A DNA stretch of 64,000 nt from an uncultured Verrucomicrobiae bacterium (GTDB lineage Bacteria; Verrucomicrobiota; Verrucomicrobiia; Chthoniobacterales; UBA10450): positions 1,056,001 through 1,120,000 of the forward strand of contig CAVYXA010000001.1 in assembly GCA_963772365.1 (NCBI GenBank), given 5' to 3'. This document shows, piece after piece, positions 28,792-37,605 of this stretch; positions within the stretch are counted from its first letter, which is position 1; every line of letters starts with the position of its first letter. The notes under the pieces are model-generated. The model saw nothing but the letters and a program-made list of their open reading frames with translations, had not been told where the DNA came from and searched no databases. The position numbers and the translations under genes were made by a program.

Positions 28792-30023
28792 GGTTTCTTG
28801 GGGGCAGTGTGATTCTTTTGTTCGACGAGATCCCAATTGACTTCGGGATGCTGCTCTTTTAACAGCCGATGATTTTCCTGGTCAATCATTTCTTTTGCTG
28901 AAAGCGATTTCACTGGACCGCCTACGGGGACGAACTCCCAGGGCGCAAGCTCAACGATCGTGTCCGCCAAATACGTTTTGTAAATGCGGTTCTGCGGCCA
29001 CAGGCGTGCGGCTTCGGCGTAAGCAACGATTGCCTCCGGCAAACGCTTGTGGAATCTGAGCGCGCCTGCCCGCGTTTCCATAAAGATTGCGAGTGCCTGC
29101 TCCGGCCTAAGCGTGCGCAGAGAAATGCCGGATTTAATTTCTTCCCCGGGGATCTTGCGCCAGGCTTTGTACTCTTCATCCGTCTTGAAAACGACACCTT
29201 GGCTCGTTGCTTCCAGATCCCGGAACACGTCCTCGCCTGGCCGTTGCCAGCGAACGAAAAGATGATCATGGGCGCTGACGAGGCCGACTGGATAGCCGAG
29301 CCGTCGGCCGATGGCGACATACAGCACCGGCATCGAAGCGCACGTTCCCACGCGTTTGTCGCTCAACAAACCCGTGAGAAACACATTTGATGGATCGGAA
29401 AGAAATGCCGAGTCAGGTAAGTTCTCGGAATCAGTCAAAGCGGGATTGTACTGAACGCCCAAATCTTGTTCGAGAACAGTCACAATCATTCCCATGGAGT
29501 AGTAGATCTCCGAGTTCTCGTACTGCTCGGGATGTTCTTTGAAACGATGTCGATTCCGTCTCGTTTCCAAATCAACCCGATTGGTCCAGTAATCGATAAT
29601 CTTCAGCGACTTTTGGACATCGACGTTTTCTGAGCCAGGCAGACCTTTCGCGCACAACAGATTCATCTCGGCGATGTCGATGTCTTCGAGTTCGGCCGGA
29701 CTCATTTCGAGAAGGCGACCCAACGTTAGACCGGTGTGCACTGGCGAGATTTGCTGACTGGAAGCTTGTGATCTCCCGCTCGTTTGATAGCGCGCGATCG
29801 GATAGGCCACGGCGCCTCCGATTATGAATGCCATCGCCAAGCCGAGGAAGTAGCGAGTCATCGACGACTTTCTTGAGGGTGCCGACTGTTCCCTGCGCGC
29901 TGCACGACGGACGATTTGCTCTTCCCTTCTTCGCTGATGGCGTGCACGACTCACAAGGATTTGATACTTCGAGGTGGCGGTTGAAACAAGCGGGATTGCT
30001 CGCATCGCCTTTGTCGCCGCCAC
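28788..30023 (-). CDS. Membrane-anchored transglutaminase-like (SirB1/Transglut_core2-like) protein with TPR
   Basis: GTCASMPVLYVAIGRRLGYPV...DHLFVRW...DLEAT; N-terminal TM; TPR-like EAIVAYAEAARLWP; start uncertain. Confidence 0.75.
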   Translation of the reverse strand: MAATKAMRAIPLVSTATSKYQILVSRARHQRRREEQIVRRAARREQSAPSRKSSMTRYFLGLAMAFIIGGAVAYPIARYQTSGRSQASSQQISPVHTGLTLGRLLEMSPAELEDIDIAEMNLLCAKGLPGSENVDVQKSLKIIDYWTNRVDLETRRNRHRFKEHPEQYENSEIYYSMGMIVTVLEQDLGVQYNPALTDSENLPDSAFLSDPSNVFLTGLLSDKRVGTCASMPVLYVAIGRRLGYPVGLVSAHDHLFVRWQRPGEDVFRDLEATSQGVVFKTDEEYKAWRKIPGEEIKSGISLRTLRPEQALAIFMETRAGALRFHKRLPEAIVAYAEAARLWPQNRIYKTYLADTIVELAPWEFVPVGGPVKSLSAKEMIDQENHRLLKEQHPEVNWDLVEQKNHTAPKKP

Positions 30024-30400
30024 TCATGACGGCTGGTTGCGAGCCGATTGTCGTCAGTCCTCAAGTACGAGGAGTCGCACGCTCGCCCGTGCGTGAATCG
30101 CTCCACTATTTTATGGCTCGGTGCGCGCCGTAAAGGTATTGCTCGCTCCGCTGCGCTCCACCTTGACTGTGCTCCCTCCGCCGGGAAGAAGTCGCGTATG
30201 GATTCACGCAGAGAATTTGTCGTCGCCAGTTACTTCAAACAATTCGCCATGCAGTTCGTGACAAGACGTGACAAATTTTGCCGAAATTCGTGCCTATTAG
30301 TGACCGAATGGATTTTGCAGCTGCGGGAGGAGATTTTATATAAGTTAATAATAATCAGTGATATGGGTAACAATGATCGGTCACAAAAATTTGTCACTCG

Positions 30401-30426
30401 ACGGGTTCGAATCCCGTTAGGGTCGC
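30401..30426 (+). repeat. attR core (duplicated tRNA-Glu 3' end)
   Basis: Exact 26-bp match to 20054-20079. Confidence 0.92.
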
Positions 30427-30499
30427 TTTGCTTTCGAGCGCGAGCGTGTCAAAAAAAGCCCATTTGAGGTCTGGCGGTCTGCTGGATAAACTCAGGAAT

Positions 30500-31114
30500 A
30501 TGCAGGGGCAGCCTTATGTTTCGACGAAGGACGAAAGCGTCCGAATGTTCAAGAGCGATTTCATGGAGTTTTTCTCGCATGTGCATCCGGTCACGCCGTT
30601 CCTGATCTATTTGCCGCTCGTCGGTTATTTGCTTTTCGTTGCCTTTGCGAAAATCGGATTGTCGCTGGTTGTGATCGGAGCGTTGTTCTTAGGCGGCATC
30701 GCGATTTGGACCCTGTTTGAATATGTGATGCATCGATTTGCCTTTCATTACGAACCAAAGAGCCGGTGGGGCAAACAGCTTCATTTTCTGATGCATGGCG
30801 TGCATCACGATTATCCGAACGATTCCCGGCGCCTCGTCATGCCGCCCGTAGTCAGCATTCCGATTGCGCTGATTATGTATTTGGTTTTTGCGGCAATTTT
30901 CGGCCGGTTTACCCCTGCGCTGTTTGGCGGATTTCTGTTCGGATATCTTTGCTACGATTGCATCCATTACGCGACGCATCATTTCGCGGTGAAGAACCGC
31001 GCCTTACTCTGGCTCAGGCAGTACCATCTGCGACATCACTTTAAGGACGATACCGTCCAATACGGCGTGAGCTCGCCACTGTGGGATTACATTTTCGGGA
31101 CGGGAAGAAAATAG
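30500..31114 (+). CDS. Fatty acid (sphingolipid) 2-hydroxylase family
   Basis: EYVMHRFAFH, HGVHH, RLVMPP, YDCIHYATHH, HLRHHF and YGVSSPLWDYIFGT match the FA2H/Scs7 pattern. Confidence 0.88.
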   Translation: MQGQPYVSTKDESVRMFKSDFMEFFSHVHPVTPFLIYLPLVGYLLFVAFAKIGLSLVVIGALFLGGIAIWTLFEYVMHRFAFHYEPKSRWGKQLHFLMHGVHHDYPNDSRRLVMPPVVSIPIALIMYLVFAAIFGRFTPALFGGFLFGYLCYDCIHYATHHFAVKNRALLWLRQYHLRHHFKDDTVQYGVSSPLWDYIFGTGRK

Positions 31115-31205
31115 GGGCGCTAAATTCCGCTTGCTCGCGCGCGGGGCTTTTCTAAAATAGCTGCCCCGACATGGAAACCGGCGTTCCGGCGCCCGGCCAT
31201 AAGGA

Positions 31206-32513
31206 ATGAAGGACGATCCCGCAAAACTTAGCCTGAGCAATTTTCTCGCTGGAGAAACCAGCGATCCTCTTCAAGCTCCTGCGAGGTTTACCAATTGGAT
31301 GCGGATGGCCACATGGGCAGTGGAACTCTATGAACCTGAAATGCTCGCGACAGCCGACGCGCGCACTACCATTGATTACAACGGCAAGCCGCGCTCAGTC
31401 ATTAATCTCTGTTCGTACAATTATCTCGGCCTGGCCAATCACCCTGAAGTAATCGAGGCTGCCCAACGGGCCCTCAAAACTTACGGCCTCGGCGCCTGCG
31501 GTTCGCCGATGCTCTCGGGAATGACAGACCTCCATCGCGAGCTCGAGCGAAAAATTGCCCAATTTCTCAACCGCGAAGACGCGATGCTTTTCAACAGCGG
31601 TTTCGGTGGAGCGCTCGGAACAATTTCCGGTTTGTTGCGGAAGACCGACGTTGCCATCCTCGATAATCGTTCGCACTTAAGCCTGCGCGATGGTGCACTG
31701 CTCTCGCGTTGTCGGGCTGATAAGTTCGAGCATAACGATCCGGTGTCGCTCGATAAAGCGCTCAGCCGAAAGCAAGGCCGCCGCCAGCTTGTGGTGATGG
31801 AAGGAATTTATTCGATGGACGGCGATTTCGGCAATTTGAAAGAGCTGATTGAGGTGGCGCAGTTACACAAGGCCAGTGTTTTTGTCGATGAAGCGCACTC
31901 GATGCTGGCCTGTGGCGAGAATGGTCGCGGCGCGGCGGAGAAGTTCGGCGTTGAGGAACATATCCCGCTAATCTACGGCACATTCTCGAAAGCGTTTGGC
32001 GCCTTGGGCGGATTCGTCGCCGGATCCAAGGAGACGCTGCGATACCTCCGCTTCTACGCGCATCCCTATGTTTACTCGTGCGCTTTGCCGGCGGTGGTCG
32101 TGGCGGCGATTCTCAAGGCACTCGAAATCGGGACCCGGCAGCCTGAATTGCGAAAGCAACTTTGGGAAAATGCCGATTACTTCCACTCGCAACTTCGCCG
32201 CCTTGGCATCGATGCCGGACAATCGACAACGTATATCATGCCGATTGTGATCGGTGATCGGGAACGGATGTACCGGTTGGGCCACGAATTGCGACGGCGC
32301 GGTCTTTGGGTCGCCCCAGTGGATTACCCTGCGGTGCCGGAAAGTAGAATTTGTTTCCGCGCGTGCGTCACGGCCAAACATACTCGCGCTGATCTCGACG
32401 AAGCGCTTAACATCCTTGCGGACACGCTCAAGGGCGCAGAATCGAAGGTCAAAGCGGCGGCATTCAGGTTGCGCTGCAAAATGAGTGAGTTGGCGGTCAG
32501 AATGGGTTCGTGA
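31206..32513 (+). CDS. PLP-dependent alpha-oxoamine synthase, probable serine palmitoyltransferase
   Basis: NYLGL, EGIYSMDGD, DEAHS and GTFSKAFG motifs; SPT call rests on neighbouring genes. Confidence 0.75.
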   Translation: MKDDPAKLSLSNFLAGETSDPLQAPARFTNWMRMATWAVELYEPEMLATADARTTIDYNGKPRSVINLCSYNYLGLANHPEVIEAAQRALKTYGLGACGSPMLSGMTDLHRELERKIAQFLNREDAMLFNSGFGGALGTISGLLRKTDVAILDNRSHLSLRDGALLSRCRADKFEHNDPVSLDKALSRKQGRRQLVVMEGIYSMDGDFGNLKELIEVAQLHKASVFVDEAHSMLACGENGRGAAEKFGVEEHIPLIYGTFSKAFGALGGFVAGSKETLRYLRFYAHPYVYSCALPAVVVAAILKALEIGTRQPELRKQLWENADYFHSQLRRLGIDAGQSTTYIMPIVIGDRERMYRLGHELRRRGLWVAPVDYPAVPESRICFRACVTAKHTRADLDEALNILADTLKGAESKVKAAAFRLRCKMSELAVRMGS

Positions 32514-32539
32514 TGGCTGCGCAGATCGCGCGATGAATC

Positions 32540-33730
32540 GTGGCGTCCGTCCAAGTCTCAAAAGTTCAATCACGCCGGGAACGTGAGGCATTCATCAAAT
32601 TTCCATGGCGAATCTACGCAAATGATCCGGCTTGGGTGCCGCCGTTAATCATCGAGCGTCGGGCATTTCTCGATCGAAAAAAACATCCGTTTTATCGGCA
32701 CGGAGACGCGGCGTTGTTTCTGGCGCGCCGCAACGGAGAGATCGTTGGCCGGATCATGGCCAGCGACGATCCCAATTATAATGCGCAACATCAATCGAAC
32801 GTCGGCTGCTTCGGTCTCTTCGATTGTGTTAACGATGTCGAGGTGGCGAAAGCGTTATTTCGCGCGGCGGAGAGTTGGTTGCACGCGAAAGGGCGCAATG
32901 AAATTCTTGGCCCGATCGATTACTCGACTAACTACGTCTGCGGTTTGTTGATTGCCGGTTTTGAACATCCCCCTACGGTGCTGACGGCGCACAATCCTCC
33001 ATATTATGCGGCTTTGATCGAGCAGTGCGGTTTTCAAAAAGAAAAGGACTGGTACGCCTGGTGGTTTTCAGAACGGGCACGGCCTCACGAACGGCTTCGA
33101 AAAATCGTGGACGCGCGCGCGGCGAAGCACCACATCACTATTCGTCGGATCAACCTCAAACGAATGGCCGAGGAAAGCCAACGGATTCGCGCAGTTTACA
33201 ATCAAGCATGGCGGGACAACTGGGGCTTCGTGCCATTCACGGAAGCAGAATCTGAATACATGGCGAAAGAGATGAAGCCGTTAATCGTGCCGGAAGGAAC
33301 GTTGATCGCCGAAATCGACGATATTCCGATCGGATTCGTGATTACTGTGCCCGACATCAACGTTGCCCTTCGCCGCCTCAACGGGCGATTGACCTGGTGG
33401 GGCTTGCCGATTGGCCTGGCCAAGCTCTTGTATTATCGGGTCAACTATCGAACGAGAATCCGCACGTGCCGGATGGTCGCGCTGGGGGTATTAGAAAAAT
33501 ATCGTCGTGCTGGTGTGGGTGAAGCGTTGGTCTTGCGAGAACTTGAGGAAGGAATGCAGGTCGGTGAAACAAGCATGACGCTGGAAGATAACTTTATGGT
33601 CAATCGCTTCATCGAAGCGGTGGGTGCGACAAAGTATAAGACCTATCGGATTTACCGACGCGGCCTGACCGAATGTCCATGTTACCGCACCGGCTTCCAC
33701 TCTTTCGTAAACGTGCGTCCGGTAAGATGA
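32540..33730 (+). CDS. GNAT-fold N-acyltransferase, bacterial ceramide synthase-like
   Basis: FPWRIY..DPAWVPPL, GRI, FGLFD, HNPPYY, NWGFVP, PDIN and KTYRIY; directly after the SPT-like gene. Confidence 0.78.
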   Translation: MASVQVSKVQSRREREAFIKFPWRIYANDPAWVPPLIIERRAFLDRKKHPFYRHGDAALFLARRNGEIVGRIMASDDPNYNAQHQSNVGCFGLFDCVNDVEVAKALFRAAESWLHAKGRNEILGPIDYSTNYVCGLLIAGFEHPPTVLTAHNPPYYAALIEQCGFQKEKDWYAWWFSERARPHERLRKIVDARAAKHHITIRRINLKRMAEESQRIRAVYNQAWRDNWGFVPFTEAESEYMAKEMKPLIVPEGTLIAEIDDIPIGFVITVPDINVALRRLNGRLTWWGLPIGLAKLLYYRVNYRTRIRTCRMVALGVLEKYRRAGVGEALVLRELEEGMQVGETSMTLEDNFMVNRFIEAVGATKYKTYRIYRRGLTECPCYRTGFHSFVNVRPVR

Positions 33731-34407
33731 AACCAAATTGTATTGCCGAAGAAATCGAAGATCAGACGCGGCCAACCCAGCCTGTGGGCGCGTCTTCCGG
33801 AATGAAAAATCGTCAACGCCGGATCGCAATAAGTGCGTCCGATTTTTGCCAGGCGCGTAAAAAGATCTCGATCTTCACATGTAACGAGATCTTCGCGGTA
33901 ACCGCCGATTGTGAAAAAAGATTCGCGACGCACCATTTGAAATTCGCCGCCAGCGCTGTCGCCTTGATGCAAAAAATTGTTCCGCCAACGGACCACGCGG
34001 TTCATGATCGCAAGCATGATTTTGTCGATCCAAGTTTCGCTGTCGGGATAAACGCGAAGATATCCGGTGAGCCCGACGAGTTTGGGATTGTTTTCGAAAT
34101 GGGCGATCGCGATGGAAAAGAAATGTTCCGGCTCCGGCACGATGCTATCGGCATCGAGAAAAACGAGCCATTCGCATGTTGCCGCGCGCGCTCCTTCATT
34201 TCTTCCCTGAGCAATCGTTTGTCGCGTAGCTGCGGAAGGAACGATAACTTGATCGGCCAGCGGACGGGCCAAATCGACAGTGCCGTCGTTGCTTCCGCCA
34301 TCCGAGACGATGATTTCGTGCGGCAACTTCAGGTTCGAACGCAAACGCGAGAGCGTCCCGGCGATCAGCTTCGCTTCGTCCAACGTTGGGATTATGATTG
34401 AAACCAC
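33682..34407 (-). CDS. Glycosyltransferase family 2
   Basis: SIIIPTLDE, DGGSNDGT, FLDAD and ED motifs. Confidence 0.9.
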   Translation of the reverse strand: MVSIIIPTLDEAKLIAGTLSRLRSNLKLPHEIIVSDGGSNDGTVDLARPLADQVIVPSAATRQTIAQGRNEGARAATCEWLVFLDADSIVPEPEHFFSIAIAHFENNPKLVGLTGYLRVYPDSETWIDKIMLAIMNRVVRWRNNFLHQGDSAGGEFQMVRRESFFTIGGYREDLVTCEDRDLFTRLAKIGRTYCDPALTIFHSGRRAHRLGWPRLIFDFFGNTIWFHLTGRTFTKEWKPVR

Positions 34408-34459
34408 GGCAAATTTACTTCTGGCAAAATCATCGCACGTCGTGAATTCGAATTATCGA

Positions 34460-35695
34460 GTGCTTAGCAACATTGTGCTCTTGGTCGATGAGTCGGCAAT
34501 GTGGAAAGTCGGCGGTTTGCCGCAAATCGAGCGGATTCTTCTAATGCTGAACGATTACGCCGCGCGCCAGCGTCAATCCGAACCATTGCGCGTCAAAATG
34601 TATGATTTTGGCGGAGCTGACCGCCGAATGATGCTGCCGGATCGACAATTGCCGTACGTGACTTTCGTCGAGCGCTTCGAGTCGGACCAGCCGGTGATGA
34701 TGATAAGCACGCGCCTCATTGTCGATGATGACGCTTTTAATGATGAAACACTTCCCGCGGTTGTTCTGAATTGGAACGAGTCGACGATCGAAAAGTTAAT
34801 CGAACGCTTCCGTTCCGTGGAGCGGGCGGCGTGCTCGCAAACTGAATCACAAGATCGACATTGGAAATGCCTCAACGATGCAAATGAGATTTCGGCTTGT
34901 GAAAAATGGCTGCTGCGCCGAACCCAGAAATCGCAGGATGGTTTTATCGCACGTTTTATCAATCGCCCGGCTTCCCGGTTCGTTAGCCGATATCTTCTTC
35001 GACTGCCGCTAAATCCCAACCAACTCACCCTGCTTCTCACAGCAATTCCCGTCGCGGGTGCAATCTTTAATATTCGGGGCACCTACCTCGGATTCGCTAT
35101 CGGCGCGATTCTATTCCAGTTGCACAGCATGCTTGATGGCTGCGATGGCGAGATCGCGCGAGTGAAATATCTCCAATCAGAACGCGGCCGGAAACTCGAT
35201 GAAATTTGCGACCGCTTTTCCAGTCTGCTCTACGCCCTGTCGCTTGGCATCGGTTTGTCGCACCAACCGCCTGTGAGCGATCTGCTGCGCTGGATCTATC
35301 CGCTGGAAGGAATTGTGGCGGCGCTGTTGATCGGTGTGGCCGAAACGTGGCTAACCAAAGACCCGATGGAGGAGCACTTGGAAATCGAGCCCGGAGGCGA
35401 TTTTTATCGCAGCTATGTCCAGCGAAAGCGGGCGAGTTTTAACGAAGGCGATCATGCGAAGCTCTGGGTCATTAAGAACTCGCGCATCTTATTCCTGGGA
35501 GAAAATTTCGCTGCCTTCTTTTCGCAACTGACCAAGCGCGACGTTTTCAATTTTGGTTTCATGGTTCTGGCTCTTTGCGGCCGGCCGTCGTGGATTTTGC
35601 ATATCTTCGCAATCAGTGCCGGAATGATCGGTCTGGCGGCGTTGAAAAATCTGCTGAGCCCGGTCGTTTCCGCTAATCAGGCTCGCGTTCCGTGA
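34460..35695 (+). CDS. CDP-alcohol phosphotransferase with degenerate N-terminal nucleotidyltransferase-like domain
   Basis: DGCDGEIAR...G..LDEICD signature; NRPAS...PNQLT; start uncertain. Confidence 0.85.
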   Translation: MLSNIVLLVDESAMWKVGGLPQIERILLMLNDYAARQRQSEPLRVKMYDFGGADRRMMLPDRQLPYVTFVERFESDQPVMMISTRLIVDDDAFNDETLPAVVLNWNESTIEKLIERFRSVERAACSQTESQDRHWKCLNDANEISACEKWLLRRTQKSQDGFIARFINRPASRFVSRYLLRLPLNPNQLTLLLTAIPVAGAIFNIRGTYLGFAIGAILFQLHSMLDGCDGEIARVKYLQSERGRKLDEICDRFSSLLYALSLGIGLSHQPPVSDLLRWIYPLEGIVAALLIGVAETWLTKDPMEEHLEIEPGGDFYRSYVQRKRASFNEGDHAKLWVIKNSRILFLGENFAAFFSQLTKRDVFNFGFMVLALCGRPSWILHIFAISAGMIGLAALKNLLSPVVSANQARVP

Positions 35696-36900
35696 CGCAA
35701 AATCCTCTTCCGCTCAATCGCGTTTTGATCCTGGCCGATCGTTCCGCGCTCTGGCGCGTCGCGGGGCTTTCTCAACTTGAGCGGCTGATTCTGGCGCTCA
35801 ATGAATTTGCCGGATCGAACGAAGCAACGCTGAAGATCGACATCGCCGTTTTTTGGGAACCGGGGGTGAACCTGAGCGAGGATTTGTTGCCGGAGCGTTC
35901 CCGACTTCCACACATCGGATCGATTGCGTCGACAACAGTGATCGAATCCGGGATGCATGTTCTTAGCACCAGATTGTTTGTCGAACGCGGAGCTATGTTG
36001 CGATTTCTGGAAGAGGCGCAGCCGGTCATTTCCGAACATTGCGCTGTCGATCTTGAGAGTTGGAAAACATTATTCGCTCGATTCGAGCAAAGCTGTCGTC
36101 ATAACAAACCACGCGGGAATGGCTGGCAATTTTTGGAAAACCAAGACGAGATTGGCGATGTAGAGCGTCAATTTCTCAGCCGTGCCGGCAAATCGCAGGA
36201 TGGATTGGTTTCCCGATTTCTTAATCGACCCATTTCGCGCCGATTGACTCGCTTGCTCCTGAAGTTCCCGATCACGCCGACCGGTTGGACGCTATCAATT
36301 TTCGTGCTGCCTGTGATCACATTCATTTTTTTAGTCACTGGCACATACCTGGGCATTCTTATCGCCACGATCATTTATCAGATCTACAGTGTGGTCGATG
36401 GCTGCGACGGCGAAATCGCGCGGGCCAAATATCTGGAATCGAAACGCGGCGGCCGGATCGACGATCTTTGCGATGTAATCGGCGGACTGCTATTCGTCAT
36501 TGGACTGGGGGTGGGACTTTCCCGTGCATCGGCCACGTGGGTTTATGCGACCGAAGGAATTCTCTGCGCGCTTTTGATCGCGACGAACGAATTTTTGCTA
36601 CGCAAAACAATGCTGGAACCGACATTGAAATCGCGTGAGCTGAACGTGGCGATGTATCCTCGACATCGGCAGTTAGTCGAACATTCCGCGCTGGGATTTT
36701 TCGGCGATAAGTTTGCCTGGGGTCTGGTTCAGATTACAAAACGCGATGTAGGAATCCTGTTTTTCGTCTTGTTAGCCGCAGCCGGTCTTTCGCAGTGGAT
36801 CCTTCATTTATGGGCTGGCGTGACGCTTATCACGCTGTTGCTCAACGTCACGGCCAAATCAAACGTTCGCGCCGATCCTGTTTGCCGCGCGCAATCTTAA
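35692..36900 (+). CDS. CDP-alcohol phosphotransferase, tandem paralog
   Basis: DGCDGEIARAKYLESKRGGRIDDLCD; shares KSQDG..RF.NRP.S and TKRDV with the upstream gene. Confidence 0.87.
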   Translation: MTQNPLPLNRVLILADRSALWRVAGLSQLERLILALNEFAGSNEATLKIDIAVFWEPGVNLSEDLLPERSRLPHIGSIASTTVIESGMHVLSTRLFVERGAMLRFLEEAQPVISEHCAVDLESWKTLFARFEQSCRHNKPRGNGWQFLENQDEIGDVERQFLSRAGKSQDGLVSRFLNRPISRRLTRLLLKFPITPTGWTLSIFVLPVITFIFLVTGTYLGILIATIIYQIYSVVDGCDGEIARAKYLESKRGGRIDDLCDVIGGLLFVIGLGVGLSRASATWVYATEGILCALLIATNEFLLRKTMLEPTLKSRELNVAMYPRHRQLVEHSALGFFGDKFAWGLVQITKRDVGILFFVLLAAAGLSQWILHLWAGVTLITLLLNVTAKSNVRADPVCRAQS

Positions 36901-37605
36901 CTGTTCCTCCGCCGCGGCGAGCATCTCCGCGTTATCGATGTCCTGCCACCAGGCATCGCCGATGTCGATCATGCGCACTTGTTTGTCCTCCGCCATAAGC
37001 CGCACACCATCAGCGAGGCCGCAATCGCCGTCGTGTTTCGCACGCTCCAGATAATCGAAAATCGTTTGCGGGCAGATGAAAATGCCGGTGTCGATCGCGT
37101 CGTAATTGCTGAGATGTTTGCCGATCGCTATCATGTCGTCGGCACGCGTTTGAATTTTCATCGCGTCATTGATATCGACAATCGATTCGAGTTTCCTATC
37201 GATCGCGATATTCAACCGAGCCGGATCGGACTGTTCCAACAGCACTTCGACAATTTTTCTGTCGAAGAGATGGTCCGTCATTGTTAACAGGAAGGGCGAG
37301 GCGACGCGGGTTCGGGCCTGCAACAGCGAGATCCCGTTCTGTTTTGCCCAATCATGATTGTAGATAAAATGGGCCGAGATGCTGCGCGGGATTAGCGATT
37401 TCAACTGAGGCACCAGCGTTTCATTTCGATATCCGACGATCACATGTGCAGTCGTGATCCCTGCTCGCTCAAGCGTTTCAAAAATATAGGAGGCAAGGGG
37501 TCGCCCCAAAACCGGGATCAGCGGTTTCAGCACATCATCGCGGACACTTTTGAAGCGCGAGCCCATTCCCGCCATCAAAATCACCGCGTCGGCGACGGTG
37601 CTCAT
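36859..37605 (-). CDS. Nucleotidyltransferase, LicC/IPCT-like phospho-polyol or phosphocholine cytidylyltransferase
   Basis: ILMAGMGSRF, KPL, NGISLL, MTDH, DTGIF and WQDIDN motifs. Confidence 0.82.
   Translation of the reverse strand: MSTVADAVILMAGMGSRFKSVRDDVLKPLIPVLGRPLASYIFETLERAGITTAHVIVGYRNETLVPQLKSLIPRSISAHFIYNHDWAKQNGISLLQARTRVASPFLLTMTDHLFDRKIVEVLLEQSDPARLNIAIDRKLESIVDINDAMKIQTRADDMIAIGKHLSNYDAIDTGIFICPQTIFDYLERAKHDGDCGLADGVRLMAEDKQVRMIDIGDAWWQDIDNAEMLAAAEEQLRLRAANRIGANV

Larger units (their letters stand above)
20054..30426. mobile_element. tRNA-Glu-integrated genomic island, about 10.3 kb
   Basis: 26-bp direct repeat of the tRNA 3' half at both ends; integrase immediately inside the left end; accessory cargo. 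Confidence 0.92.

Noticed and set aside
25015..28855. Cassette leader repeats as a CRISPR array or integron attC sites
   Set aside because: The repeats are 70-190 bp, only 2-3 copies, separated by kb-size genes, and not palindromic with RYYYAAC/GTTRRRY ends; there are no cas genes and the integrase lacks evident IntI features
20168..30400. Prophage
   Set aside because: No terminase, capsid, tail, lysis or replication genes
30401..30426. Second tRNA gene
   Set aside because: Only the T-arm and 3' acceptor strand are present; it is the attR duplication
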